Below are positions 62,881 through 64,000 of a DNA stretch of 64,000 bases, piece after piece (within the stretch, counting starts at the first letter, position 1; each line of letters opens with the position of its first letter). The translations under genes were made by a program, and so were the position numbers. The notes under the pieces are model-generated. The model was not told the DNA's origin. It saw only the letters and a program-made list of their open reading frames with translations, and made no database searches. Origin of the DNA: Chrysemys picta bellii (lineage: Eukaryota); contig NC_088791.1 in the NCBI RefSeq assembly GCF_011386835.1, positions 88,598,001-88,662,000 on the forward strand, written 5' to 3'.

Positions 62881-63665
62881 GGGATCCGGGAAGTGAGTGG
62901 GTGGGAAGGACCTCCCCCAGCCTAAGGGGAGGATCCACAAGGTCCGGGATCTCAATTAAGTACAGGGGACAACTAAAGATATAACAGGAATGGGAGTGAG
63001 GTCACAGGGCTAAACGAAGGGAACCTGATGGGGACACCGAGCAGAGAACCCTGGACAGCACCCACTGCTCCTTGAAGGTGTCAAGGGAGCCAGCGGACGC
63101 CGCCCAGAGGAACTCTGCTCGGATGCATGAGCAGACGGAGGATCGGAAATAGACTCTACAGTCGCAGAAAACCCCATTGGCCAACCTCCTCTCCCTGGTT
63201 TTGTAGATGGCCATTTTGGCCAATGCTAGGAGGAGGTTGACAAGGAGGTCCCATGATTTGGTGGGGCCATGGATAGGTAATGCATAGGTAAGGAGGTAAG
63301 GGGAAAAGTGCAGCCAAAAACGTAACAGGATATCTAAGAGGAGCCGGAATAGGAGCTGCAACCTGGCACACTCCAGATACACGTGCGCCAGGGTCTCCCT
63401 CAGACTGCAGAAGGGGCAGGTGTCCAGGACAGGGGTGAACCATGCCAAGAACATGCCCGTGCTCACGGCTCTGTGAAGGAGCCGTCAACTAATATCCCCA
63501 GAGGGTTTTGGGACCAGGGTGGAATATAGGCTGGCCCACTAGGGTTCCTCACCCTCCAGAGGTGGTAGGAGGTCCCACCACTTCGTGTCAGGGCGGGAGG
63601 CGAGGGTGAGGACGTGAAGGGGGTGGAGCATGAGTGTGTACAGATGTCTCCTTGGCGTGGTCCGG
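62881..63665 (-). mobile_element. Tx1-clade (L1 group) LINE 3' fragment
   Basis: TPRRHLY...GDISWRL...CPFC...ETLAHVYLEC...LLALAKMAIY...AEF...F.EQW C-terminus plus 3' UTR. Confidence 0.85.
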
Positions 63666-64000
63666 ATGTACGGCACATACATTCCTATTTTGGCAGCAAC
63701 CCATCTCGCCACAGAGTACATCAATAGAAAGGGCTACTTTTTATGGTTATGCAAATGTTGGTGGATCACTAGGGACATTTCATTGACATCAGTGTGGGTT
63801 GGTCAGGAAAGATGCATGATGCTTACATCTTCAGGCAAGCAGGACAGTTCAGAAAGCTAAACGCTGAAACATTCTTTCCTGACAGGCAGATTATTGTCAC
63901 TGGTAACATTGCCCTGCCAGTAGTGATCCTGGAGGCTTCACCATACCCCTTGCTCCCCTGCCTCATGAAGCCATACACCGGCCATCTCACTAGCACCAAG

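Larger units (their letters stand above)
61274..64000 (+). pseudogene. Third Harbinger transposase remnant, split by insertions and running off the window
   Basis: MEPEELC...RFWA.EMSTD..DHIIMQ...MRKA.F (61274-61670); TLWKL...SVGNHFGV (~61935-62040); GTYIPIL...INRKGY...KMHDAYIFR...LMKPYTG (~63668-64000). Confidence 0.85.

Noticed and set aside
62860-62900. Possible snRNA-targeted (U2-specific) insertion of the Tx1 element
   Set aside because: No U2 or other snRNA sequence at the 3' junction.

Overview
Vertebrate genomic DNA, most likely turtle. This is inferred from a tRNA-derived CR1-tailed Pol III SINE, the CR1/Penelope/DIRS/Harbinger repertoire and sauropsid-type H2B. The window holds part of a replication-dependent histone gene cluster in two islands. 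The first is a palindromic H4> <H3 H3> <H4 quartet (3.8-8.7 kb). The second is a psiH4> H1> <H2A H2B> H3> <psiH4 block (35.8-46 kb); its two H4 pseudogenes are not in the ORF track. All eight intact genes end in the histone stem-loop. The islands are separated and flanked by dense, often nested transposons: a complete but decayed Harbinger; an old Penelope-like element (PLE) carrying hAT MITEs, CR1, a SINE and younger PLEs with hammerhead-like motifs; a near-intact DIRS1-type tyrosine-recombinase retrotransposon; a second, decayed DIRS interrupted by a very young SCAN/Gmr1-like LTR element; and ERV, Tx1, Vingi-like and Harbinger remnants. The most unusual items are (1) the LTR element, whose 1405-codon ORF stays open through a pol-like region with no recognisable RT or integrase catalytic motifs; (2) palindromic mini-PLE insertions sharing one architecture; (3) a recurring CGCG-N5-TTCAAA(+CCAAT) motif, including orphan copies bracketing H1; and (4) a YY1/CCAAT module conserved upstream of both live and dead H4 copies. 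All identities and alignments were judged by eye; no searches were run.
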